Shown here: in pieces, positions 51,446-64,000 of the stretch | Numbering within the stretch: the first letter of the stretch is position 1 | Layout: each line of letters begins with the position of its first letter | Assembly: GCF_009914755.1 (NCBI RefSeq) | Contig: NC_060926.1 | Direction: 5' to 3' (one strand) | Length of the DNA: 64,000 nt | From: the human T2T-CHM13v2.0 reference genome, Homo sapiens | Made by a program: the position numbers and the translations under genes | Notes under the pieces: generated by a model | What the model saw: the letters and a program-made list of their open reading frames with translations, nothing else | What the model was told of the DNA's origin: nothing | The model's database searches: none

Positions 51446-54400
51446 AGAAAGACCAATCTTTGTACTTTGGCCCAGGTGCATGGTGAAGTGTATGGTCTTG
51501 TGTTCTTTTGATATACTCACCTGATTGAGCAGAATCTCACACAAGTCTTCCCTTGCTTCCGAAGTTACAATGACTCAGTGACAGCTATAAAAGCCTTCTT
51601 TTCATGGTAATTATAATCAGACATCTGAATACATTTATGCATCTATAGCTTCTCAGTTTTACACGTAAATAGATGCCATCAGAAGTATTTTGAGGGCTGA
51701 TTTAGCTCGAAGAGGGTCCATTTAAAACCTATTCTTGTGTTCCCATCATTTTCGGCAGCCAGGCAACTGAGGTCAGTGTGCTCATAAATGGCTTCGGGTG
51801 AGTGTGTGAATTAAAAGCTCCTCTCTGTGTGATGATAACAGGGTATTTTCTGCTCACAATTACAGAAGCATACATTTTGAAAGTAAATAGCCTCATAGTT
51901 GTTCTTTCAGGTACTAAAGAGCCAGTTTATCAAGAATTAAGGCCCACTGAGTTAGGGGGCATAAAAGCAGAGTGGACAGGGCAGCCTCACCAAGATGGAG
52001 CTTGAGCCAAGCGTGGTCCTCCTGGCCCCTTGTGGGCAGCCAGCAGGCTACTGACTCTGTGGTGCACTAAGGAGCTACCTTTTTGGACTGCATTACTTAA
52101 ACATCAGAGGGTAAGTATTATGCACAAATCTGAGGAAGATTAAGGGATCTGGGTTGCTCTGTACCGTGAGAGATGAGATTAGCTTTCCCCAGCTGGCGAG
52201 ACTGGAGACATTTTAAAAAGCATTTTAACCAGAGGGTTTTCTAAGTTCTCCTGGAATCCATTACCATCTATTAGCTTTGAAACACTGACTGCCAAAAAGA
52301 TAGGGCAGTGACAGGGCGATTTGCTCTCCTTTCTGGTGAGGTTTGAATCCCAAGGTGCCAGATGAGACTGGAAGGGCTCTCCAGACCTGCCGATAGAGGT
52401 AGGGAGATATTACACAAAGCCTGCTTACAAATCGGGCAGCTCTACAGTCTCAAATATAAAATTCGGTCATTAGCTTACACTGTCACGTTTCTAGCTGAAT
52501 GGCAAGAGGACTTAAGACCTTCTGTTTGGAAAGTCAGAAACTAATGTTTTTGCTTCAACTCTTAACTCACAATGATGTCGTCTCCTGTTGCTGCACAGTC
52601 CTGTGGAGAAAATCAGTCAGTATTCTTGTTTTCCTCTGGATGGAGGTGATTTTAGAGCCATTAGTGCTTCTAGAAGCTTCCCTCCCCTCTGGGTCCCTGA
52701 GGGGATTCTTTTGGTACAAGTAGACAGAGTTGTCAACAGGTGATCACGGACCTCTGAAAATAGTAGTAAAAGTAGCAATCATTATTCTGTGTGTCAGGCA
52801 CTGTGCCATGGGCTTTTACTCTCCACCGTATTTAACTCCTCAAAATATAATAGGAAAGCCCACCAACTTGGCATCCATTTTGGATATATTTTAAAACTAA
52901 ATTTACACCCATACATTTATATTTTATAATTTTAGTATTTTTGATAATAAAATTTGTTTTTTTGATCACATAAAGTAAAAACTATTTGACATTTCATCTG
53001 TCTGTAATGACCACAAATAGCATTTTGGTGCTCATTCTTTCATATATCTCTCTCTCTTTCTGTCTCTCTCTACACATGCACTGGTGTGTGGCATGGGTAT
53101 AAATAGATTTTCACAAATTATATTATATATTTTGTACTTATTGTACATAGCTTTTAAAAGTTATGTTTTGTTCCTTTCCTTCCGTTGATACTCACTCCCT
53201 GCTCACCACCATCAACCAGTGTTGAACAGCCTAGTTTGTAGATGTCCACATTTCTATCCATGTTTATGTATATATTTATGTTTTGTTTTCTACAAAAAGT
53301 CACCCTCCAAAGCGGTATTTGTCATGTGCCCAGGATCCATTATTCACAATTCAAAATGGTGGACAAGATATTCCAAAAAATGAGATTATTGAAACATATA
53401 TTCTCTGTATGTTACTTTTCTCACTCAACAATACCTCATGGACTGCCCTTCCTGATGGTTTAGGGCTGACTCACTCTGTAATGGCCTTGGAATAGGATAT
53501 GAGGTGGGAGACCAACCATTTTTTTTTTTTCCATTTGAGTAGTCAGTTGTGCATGTGCCATTTATCAATAAGCTGTTCTCTCCACCATGGATCACAAGAC
53601 TCACCTTGTCACGTAGAAGCTTCTGTTGATACTGGAATTGATTTCTGAGTTCATCAGTCAGTTCTGTTGTTTGTTCCTATGCCATGTTTTCATTTTAGTG
53701 GATTTAAGTCTGGTATGATGCTCCCCTCATAATTCTTTTTCAAAAGTTTTCTGCCAATTTTTGGATATTTGATATTACCTAAAAATGTATTATATCCACA
53801 TTAAAAATTTTGGGATTCTAATTAAATGTATATATGAATTTTGAATTTATATGCTTTATTTTTTCTTTTCCTTTTTAATGACAGTATAATGCTATTGTAA
53901 GTTTTTTCAATTTGCATTACAGATATTTTAAAAAGCCCTAAACTTTTCCAGCCACCTGATTAAATTCCTTCATTGATTCGAGTACTTTTTATTTTTAGAG
54001 TTGGTATTCCTAGGAGTATGAATATATTATTAGCAAGAAGGGAAAATTTTGTCTTCTCATTTACTCTGTTTATAGTAACTATTTTTTCCCCTCAATTTGA
54101 ATTATAATGATAACAGCAGGTATCCCATCTTATTCCTGGCATTTGATTGTTTGGAATGATGTTTGCAATTGATTTTTGATGAATCCATATTCAAGAGGTT
54201 TCTTTTATTCCTATTTTACTTGAAGTTTTATTAGAAATGGCTGTTGAATTTCACCAAATGCTTTTTTAGAACCTATTGATGTAACCAACCACTTTTACTC
54301 CGTGCATTTGTTGCTCTCATGAATGATGGTAATGGATTTGCTGATGTGAAAACTGCCTTTCTGGAGTTGTCCTTGTTTGATCATTGACAATATTCATTTG

Positions 54401-55241
54401 ATATAGTTTTGGGTTTTACTTCATAATGTTTTATTTAGAATTTTAACGAATATTTACAAATGAGATTGCTCTGTAGTTTTCTTTTATTGTACTGCCTTTA
54501 CCAGTTTTGGTTTTAAGGCCAAACCAGTTTAATGATATGGACTTAGGTGATTTTCCCTATGTTTCTATTGTTTTGAATAATTTAAATAACATTTCTTTCC
54601 TTTAAGTTATATAGAACTCTCTGTGAAATCAACTGTTTTTGCCCTCTGCTTTTTTTTTCCTCTTAGAAAATCACTTCTCCTATCTCTCCTGTGGTAACTG
54701 GTCTATTCAATTTTCTACTTGAGTCAGTTTTGTTCCTTTATATTTTGTGGAAAGTCACACCAAGAACTTCAGAATGCTCTTCTCTCTTCCCCTTCTGCCT
54801 GCAGCCCTGCTTCTTCCTAATGCCTATGTTTTCTTTTGTTCCTGAGTATTACTATACCCTTGAAGTTTGCCTCTTATTTCAGAAATCTTTAATATTTATT
54901 TACATGTTCTCAGTCATGGTATCATTATCCATTTAGATTTCATAGTGTATTTGCAAGATACCCTTCTCACCACTCTTTTCTCCTTTCCCCTCCCCTGTCC
55001 CTGGAGATCTCTGCTCTGATTTATTTTTGTTGCATTAGAGTCTTTCTTGGTGTTTTCCTCAGATGAAGCATGGGGTTGATTTACTATTGAAACTGCATTA
55101 TTCCAAAGATTTTCTTTCTAACTGTATAATCTTGAGAATGTTATTTAACTTATCTGGGTCTCAGTCTCCTTAACTGTAAAATGGGAATTCTAAGAACAGA
55201 GACCTTACAGGAACTTTATGAAGATGAAATGAGTTAATATA

Positions 55242-55995
55242 TGCATTCTGGTTATCTGTTGCTACATTGTCCTTCAGTAGCTGTGGGACACTGGTTCCAG
55301 GACACCCTCTGCCCTCCCATACCAAAATCCACAAGTGCTCAAGTCCCTTATATAAAATGGCTTATTATTTGCATATAACCTTTGCAGCTCTCCTATATAC
55401 TTTAAATCATTTCTATATTATAATACCTAATACAATGTAAATGCTATGCAAACAGTTGTTATACTGTATTTTTTATGTTTTAAAAAATATATTCTATCTG
55501 TGGTTGGTTCACTTCATCGGTGTCGAACCTGTGGATATGGAGGGCCAGCAGTATATAATGAACTACCTTAAAACAGCAGTGTGACAACAATGTATTATTA
55601 TCTCTCATAGGTCTATGAGTTGGCTGGGTTTAGCTGGGCAGTTCTTGCTTGGGGGCTGTCATGGTTGGAGTCAGATAGCAGCAGTGGCTGGAGTCATCTG
55701 AAGGTTCAGCTGGGCTGGGAGTCCCAGATGGCTTTTTTATTTATTGTTTCAGTGTTCCTCCATGAGGCCTCTGTCTCCATCAGAGTAGCCTGGATTTCTT
55801 ACCTGCTAACTCAAGGTTCCCAGAGGCAGAAAACTGCTGGTCTTCATAATGTCTTGGCCCAGAACTGGTGTAGCAGTGCTTCAACCACATTCTATGAGGT
55901 GGAAGAATACACTCTACCTTGAGTTGGAGGAGTGGCACAAGTAGAGAGGGAGGGAAGGAATTAATGATAGCCACATTTATAGACAAACTACCACA
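55242..55995 (-). mobile_element. MLT1H-like MaLR LTR split by MER2
   Basis: gttatctgttgcta|tataatgaactacc...ctgggtttagctgggcagttc...ggctggagtcatctgaagg...actaccaca. Confidence 0.78.
55265..55551. mobile_element. MER2 (TcMar-Tigger)
   Basis: tggttccaggac...ataccaaaatccac...gctcaagtcccttatataaaatgg...gtggatatggagggcc; TA duplication at 55263-55264 and 55552-55553. Confidence 0.9.
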
Positions 55996-56827
55996 ATAAG
56001 TGAAGTGCTTAGACTAGAATCTGGCACTGAATGAGTGCTGTAGAATTATTAACTCAGTGATATTATTGCAGTTGTTAAATTACCTTCAGAATTTGCTTTT
56101 ACTCTGAGAGCTGAATGATGTCTTGTATGAGTATAGAAGTCTAGGACTGTGGTTCTTTTCTGTAAGTAATGTGCAGATGAAGTGTGATGCCAGTCTAATG
56201 ACTTTTCCTTTGTAGGCAAGCTGTTATTTTTATCTAGAAGCTTTCAGGATTTTTCAGTAAAAGCAGAAATAAGATAGTTATCACCACTTATTAACAGACC
56301 TTTGGAGGTTCTAGAAAATATAAGACAAGAAAAGGAAGAAGTAGATGTTGAAAAAAATAAAATATCCTCTCTGTGCTGATGATTATTTTTAGCAAGCCCA
56401 GGAAACTCCATTAAGAAAAAAAACAACTAACTAGAATTAAAGAGGGAACACGGTAAGATGAGACATTACAAGATAAACATGTAAACACAATAGCTTTTCT
56501 TTTTTTCTATTCTAGCAAGTACCATAGTTTGGATTGATAGAAGTCTTTTATAATATATTCTTAACCTGGTACTGGACGAGCTCTTTCAGTTCAGTTGGAT
56601 GAGACTTCTTATGCCAACTGAAGTCTTTTAAAAAAGCAGGGATTTTTTTCTCTTTTATTTCTTCAGTTACTGTCTCTCTTCCATATACTCCTTTTTCTCT
56701 ATTATTTGCTTGGCTGTGATATGACAATTGCCTTTTCATGGGAAGATTTGTTCTTTTGTTGTAAAGTTCTGTTTTTCCTATTGTAGAAGATTATCCTTTA
56801 TGATATGATGGGAATAGCAAAGATGGC

Positions 56828-56829
<2 letters not shown>

Positions 56830-56873
<44 letters not shown>
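56830..56873. repeat. (TG)n microsatellite
   Basis: 16 perfect GT units at 56831-56862 plus an imperfect tail. Confidence 0.97.
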
Positions 56874-57607
56874 CACACTCGTTTTGTTGTTTTTGTCTCC
56901 TGGCTGTCCTGAAAGTGTTCCCAGCAGATTTTCAGAGGGATGCTGCTTTCCTTACTTTCCTGTTACTGAGGAGGCTAGAGTGGGGAAGGGATGGGGGTAG
57001 CAGAGAAGCTTTCCTGGAGACCTCCACAAAGGACAGGCAGCTAGACCTGCTCCAGCCCTAGCCCTCTCATGGGGTTGTTGCTGTTCACAGTTCCCAAACA
57101 GCTCGACCTGAATTGAACTCTGAGGGTGAATAGAACAATGAGAAGCCTGGAAACCAACATAAGGGGACTCAGCCACCAGAAAATAATAAGCAGAAGGTAA
57201 GTGGTGCAAGTCAAACAGAATGGATAGAGGAGAAGGTTTAATCCTAACAAAAAGGTATAAAATAATTCCATTGCAAAAAATGAAGTTTTCTAGAATTTAA
57301 ACGAGTAGTTTAAAAATGAGACATTCAATATATGGAAAAGATACCCAAGAAATTGCTAAGAGATTACCTCCAGAGAGGAGGCAAAGGGATGGCTGGGGAC
57401 CAAGGTGAGAAGATGACTTCCTTTATTCATTGACATTTGCCACTATGCCAAAATGATATATCATGTATATATGCAGTTATGTAGTTGAATGGAGAATGAA
57501 GAGGAAGGTGTTAAAAAAAAAATCAAGCAGTGGTGTTAGGCCAGGGTGGAAATTTCCTGTTTATGAATTATAGTAGAATACAACATTTAATTTGGAATTA
57601 AAAAAAA

Positions 57608-57988
57608 TACATCTTTTTTTTATTTTCTTCTAATGAAACTGCAACAGTGTTATTAGTACCTGTAACTTTGTCAGCAATAGAAATCAAAAATATTTTCATA
57701 TAATATTACAGTTGTTGCAGACATCTTGAATGTCATTTATGTTCATCAGAGCTTAAAGTTATAATTGTTCATAGTACCACCACTAGAGCTTGGTATTTAA
57801 TGTCATAATAAAAGCACATGTTATTGAGTTTGTGTATTTTAGTATTTTGATACTTAAATAGGATTGGTTTCCTTAGTAATCCTATGGATTTCACTTTATA
57901 CATTTAAACATATTATATTTGGGGTAGGGTCTCTAGCTTTCATTAGACTGCCAAAGGGATCATGCCCTCAAAAAGGTCAAGAAACCTA
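57608..57988. mobile_element. MER113-like hAT-Charlie fossil
   Basis: ttacagttgttgcagacatcttgaa; terminal agactgccaaagggatcatgccctcaaaaaggtcaagaaacc. Confidence 0.7.
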
Positions 57989-58044
57989 TGGGATATAGGG
58001 ACCATTGGAGTAAACTATTGGCCCAGAAGATCAAGTGGAAGAGC

Positions 58045-58180
58045 AAAAACATATAAAAATATAAAAATAAAAGTGGAAAAAAACCAAATAAAATATAAAT
58101 AATAAATTATAAAATAAAATATATAAATTATAAGTATATGGATAAATAAAAATAAGTACATAATGAAATAAATAAAATCA
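58045..58180. repeat. A/T-rich low-complexity tract
   Basis: ataaaa-type degenerate repeats. Confidence 0.85.
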
Positions 58181-59220
58181 TTAGAGGGACATAAAGAGAC
58201 TTGGAGGACAGTCTAACACACCCAAAATGGGAAGAACAGAATCCTTCATAATAAAAGGATAAATCTTCCCAACAAAGGATGGTGGTTGGGAACATTATGT
58301 CTAATAAGGCTTTTGTCCTTTGTTGTTGCTTTATTTGGATGCTCATTTTAAGAAAAACACAGCATTGGCAAAGCTTTGTTGGACCACACTTTTGCTGGTC
58401 CACAAAACCCTCCAGCTGACAACCCACAGATGCAGGGTGGAAAAGCCTGTGTGACTGTCGGAGGGGAGCAGCTGGGTCCTTCCCAGCACACTGCAGCTGG
58501 AGAGAGTGTCCTGGCAGTGGGAAGTCTCAGCACAATGGCCTGGTGCTTTTCCACCTGTGAGAACAGCTAGTGAGTGATGCGTGCGCTGCGTTGGCAGCAG
58601 CTGCAGTAGTGTGTCCACTGTCTGAGCACTTCTTGCCACTTATTCTACCCTCCTGGGTTACCCAGCTCTTACCATTCTTATAGGGGGTAATGAAGACATG
58701 GATTTGAGAACCCTTGAATTGTTTCCTGCTGATCGATAGGTCGCACATGGCTGTTTACCTAGCAAACGGAAAGCAACATCAGTTCTTGAGACTGGTGACT
58801 GTATGTGAGAAAACGATAAAAGGATGGGGGCAGGGTGTGTGTGTGAGTGAATGCCGCATTGGTGTGTTTACAGTTCAGTGTCTTTCCGGAGCATGAGAGA
58901 CGAACAAGTATTGTTTAAACGAATGCTGTTTAAACCCTGGGATTATATAGTCATGTGAACTTTTTTGGAGGAAACTGCAAATGTTGCTAGCCATTGTAAT
59001 TGTGTTAGTTCTTGACTAAATGTCGTATATAAACTTCCTGGTAACACAATTTTAATAACGTTTGCTACTTAATTATAACAGCATTTTACAAAAGTGTCAG
59101 GGCATCCTTAATTTATGTTTTGATAAGAGTGAAAGATTCAGAAAGTTTGCTTTCAGTTATCTAAAACTTGGGGCCTTCTCCAGCATATGCAAACAAATAG
59201 TAATGCTTAAATGCACTGTG

Positions 59221-59760
59221 TGTATGAGATGGGTTTTTGTTTGTGTAAATCTAGATGGATCCTCACTCCGGGGGCTTAACTAAATTGGGATTTACTTTTC
59301 TCGGTAATATGAAGACTGGTAGTGGGTAGCTGAAAGCAGGTATGAAAGCTTTGGGGGATACCATTCTCATTTCATCTTTCCATACCTCGTGCTCCCCCAA
59401 ATGACAACCATGCCTTTGGGCTTCTTATCTGTATTTCAGGCAGCTAGAAGGCTGAAGGACAAAGAAGGAAAAGCAAAAGTCCAGTGCAAAGCTTTCTTGG
59501 AAGGCCTGCTAGTGGCTTCCACTTACATCTCATTGATCAGGAATGCACCATATGTCCATCAGTATGGATCCATCTAGTGGCTTCCACTTACGTCTCATTG
59601 ATCAGGAATGTACCACATGACCATCAGTATGGTTCCATCCAGTGGTTTCCACTTACATCTCATTGGTCAGGAATGCACCACATGACCACCTGTATGGAAT
59701 TCTGGGAAGTGTATTTTGGGTCAGGCCGGTTGCCACCCTGAACAAAATTTTTCTATTCAT
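59221..59760 (-). mobile_element. Old MLT1J/K-like MaLR LTR
   Basis: cttccacttacatctcattg...cacatgaccacc...ctgggaagtgtatttt...ttgccaccctgaacaaaat. Confidence 0.6.
59509..59698. repeat. 65-bp tandem repeat, about 2.9 copies
   Basis: Units start at 59509, 59574 and 59639 (cYagtggYttccacttacRtctcattgRtcaggaatgYacca...). Confidence 0.95.
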
Positions 59761-60109
59761 AATGAAGAAGGAGTGATTGGATTTGGGATATGTAAGCAGA
59801 AGTGCCAGGCACAGGAGCCTTCACCATTCCCCTCTATCTTTGTTCCAGCTGATTTCTGCTCATCTGGAAGGCTCTGTCTGTGCCATCTCTTCCAGGAAGC
59901 CCTCTGTGAGCCCCAGGTGGGGTTAAGTGTCCATTCTTCGAGCATTGATGGTACTCTGTATCCACACATCTCATATTCCCTGTCTTTTTCCACATACACA
60001 TTTTCTATATCTGGTGGAAATCTCTACTTTAGGAATATTACCTCATTATGCTTGTAAGTGCCTTGAGAGTAGGATTTGTGTCCAATGTTTATTCCCAGAT
60101 CTTTTATTT

Positions 60110-61130
60110 TTAGTATTATTTTAATTTAAAATTTTTAAATCTCAATAGGTTTTTGGGGAACAGGTGGTGTTTGGTTACATGAATAAGTTCTTCAGTGGTG
60201 ATTTCTGAGATTTTGGTGCACCCAACACCCGAGTAGTGTACACTGTACCCACTGCATAGTCTTTTATCCCTTGCCACCCCCCACCCCTTCCCCCGAATCC
60301 CCAAAGTTCAATGTATCATTCTTACGCCTTTGCATCCTCATAACTTAGCTCCAACATATGAGTGAGAACATGTGATGTTTGGTTTTCCACTTCTGAGTTA
60401 CTTCACTTAGAATAATAGTCTCTGGATACCTAATTCATGAGAGGCTTAAAACCTAGATGACGGGTTGACAGGTGCAGCAAACCACCATGGCACATGTATA
60501 CCTATGTAACAAACCTGCACGTTCTGCACGTGTATCCCAGAACTTAAAAAAAAAAAAGAATAATAGTCTCCAATTCCATCCAGGTTGCTGCAAATGCCAT
60601 TATTTCATTCCTTTTTATGGCTGAATAGTATTCCATGGTGTGTGTTTGCGTGTGTGTGTGTGTGTGTGTGTGTGTATTACATTTCCTTTATCCACATGTT
60701 AACTGATGGGCATTTGGGCTGGTTCCATATTTTTACAATTACAAATTGTGCTCCTGTAAACATGCATGTGCAAATATCTTTTTCATATAATGACTTATTT
60801 TCCTCTGGGTAGATACCTAGCAGTGGGATTGCTGGATCAAATGGTAGATCTATTTTTAGTTCACTTAGGAATCTCCACACTGTTTTCCATAGTGGCTGCA
60901 CTAGTTTACATTCCCACTAACAGTGTAGACGTTTTCCCTTTTCTCCTTGGCATCCATGCCAACATCTGTTATTTTTGATTATGGCCATTCTTGCAGGAGT
61001 GAGTTGGTATTATATTGTGGTTTTGATTTGCATTTCCCTGATGACTAGTGATGCTGAGCATTTTTCCATATACTTGTTGGCTGTTTGTGTATCTTCTTTT
61101 GAGAATTGTCTATTCATGTCCTTAGCCCAC
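60110..61130 (-). mobile_element. L1PB1-like 3' end, interrupted by two younger L1s; (TG)n at ~60637-60675
   Basis: aataggtttttggggaacaggtggtgtttggttacatgaataagttctt...agtggtgatttctgagattttggtgcaccc; ORF 60677-60901 is a degenerate ORF2 C-terminus. Confidence 0.88.
60423..60556 (+). mobile_element. 134-bp 5'-truncated L1PA7/8-like 3' end
   Basis: gcttaaaacctagatgacgggttgacaggtgcagcaaaccaccatggcacatgtatacctatg plus poly(A); perfect 14-bp TSD agaataatagtctc at 60409-60422 and 60557-60570. Confidence 0.93.

Positions 61131-64000
<2,870 letters not shown>

Larger units (their letters stand above)
55125..56050 (+). mobile_element. MIR split by the MLT1 insertion (55125-55241 and 55996-56050)
   Basis: tatttaacttatctgggtctcagtctcc...ctgtaaaatggg...aaatgagttaatata | gtgaagtgcttagactagaatctggcac. 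Confidence 0.75.
53150..56820 (-). mobile_element. Ancient L1M, fragmented; hosts MIR/MLT1/MER2 and an opposite-orientation L1 piece (~56300-56515)
   Basis: T-rich decayed antisense ORF2 motifs (gctgttgaatttcaccaaatgctttttt, acaaatgagattgctctgtagttttct, tgatgccagtctaat). Confidence 0.65.

Noticed and set aside
59509-59698. Regular repeats as a CRISPR-like array
   Set aside because: Head-to-tail units with no unique spacers, no cas genes, and a mammalian context

Overview
This is primate, human-like, repeat-dense non-coding DNA, most likely a large intron of a gene transcribed on the + strand. I cannot name the locus, and I found no convincing host protein-coding exon. The only real protein-coding sequence is a disabled LINE-1 ORF2 at the right end (61.4-64 kb, minus strand); the other ORF-track entries are Alu/LTR/L2 read-through or chance. 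The window holds 12 Alu-family copies, several L1 and L2 fragments, MIRs, hAT/Tigger DNA-transposon fossils, many MaLR and ERV1 solo LTRs and a truncated U2 snRNA retrocopy. The best leads are: a full-length MER41B LTR with both STAT1 GAS motifs intact; a triple TCF/LEF plus AP-1 mini-array; a U2 retrocopy whose junction shows target microhomology; a diverged ~110-bp local duplication; a 65-bp tandem array; a perfect 20-bp palindrome; a poly(C)-tailed Alu in an inverted Alu pair; and a possible 27-nt microexon. I see no evidence of a new multi-gene system. Repeat subfamily names come from recalled consensus sequences and need RepeatMasker/Dfam confirmation; boundaries of old elements are approximate.
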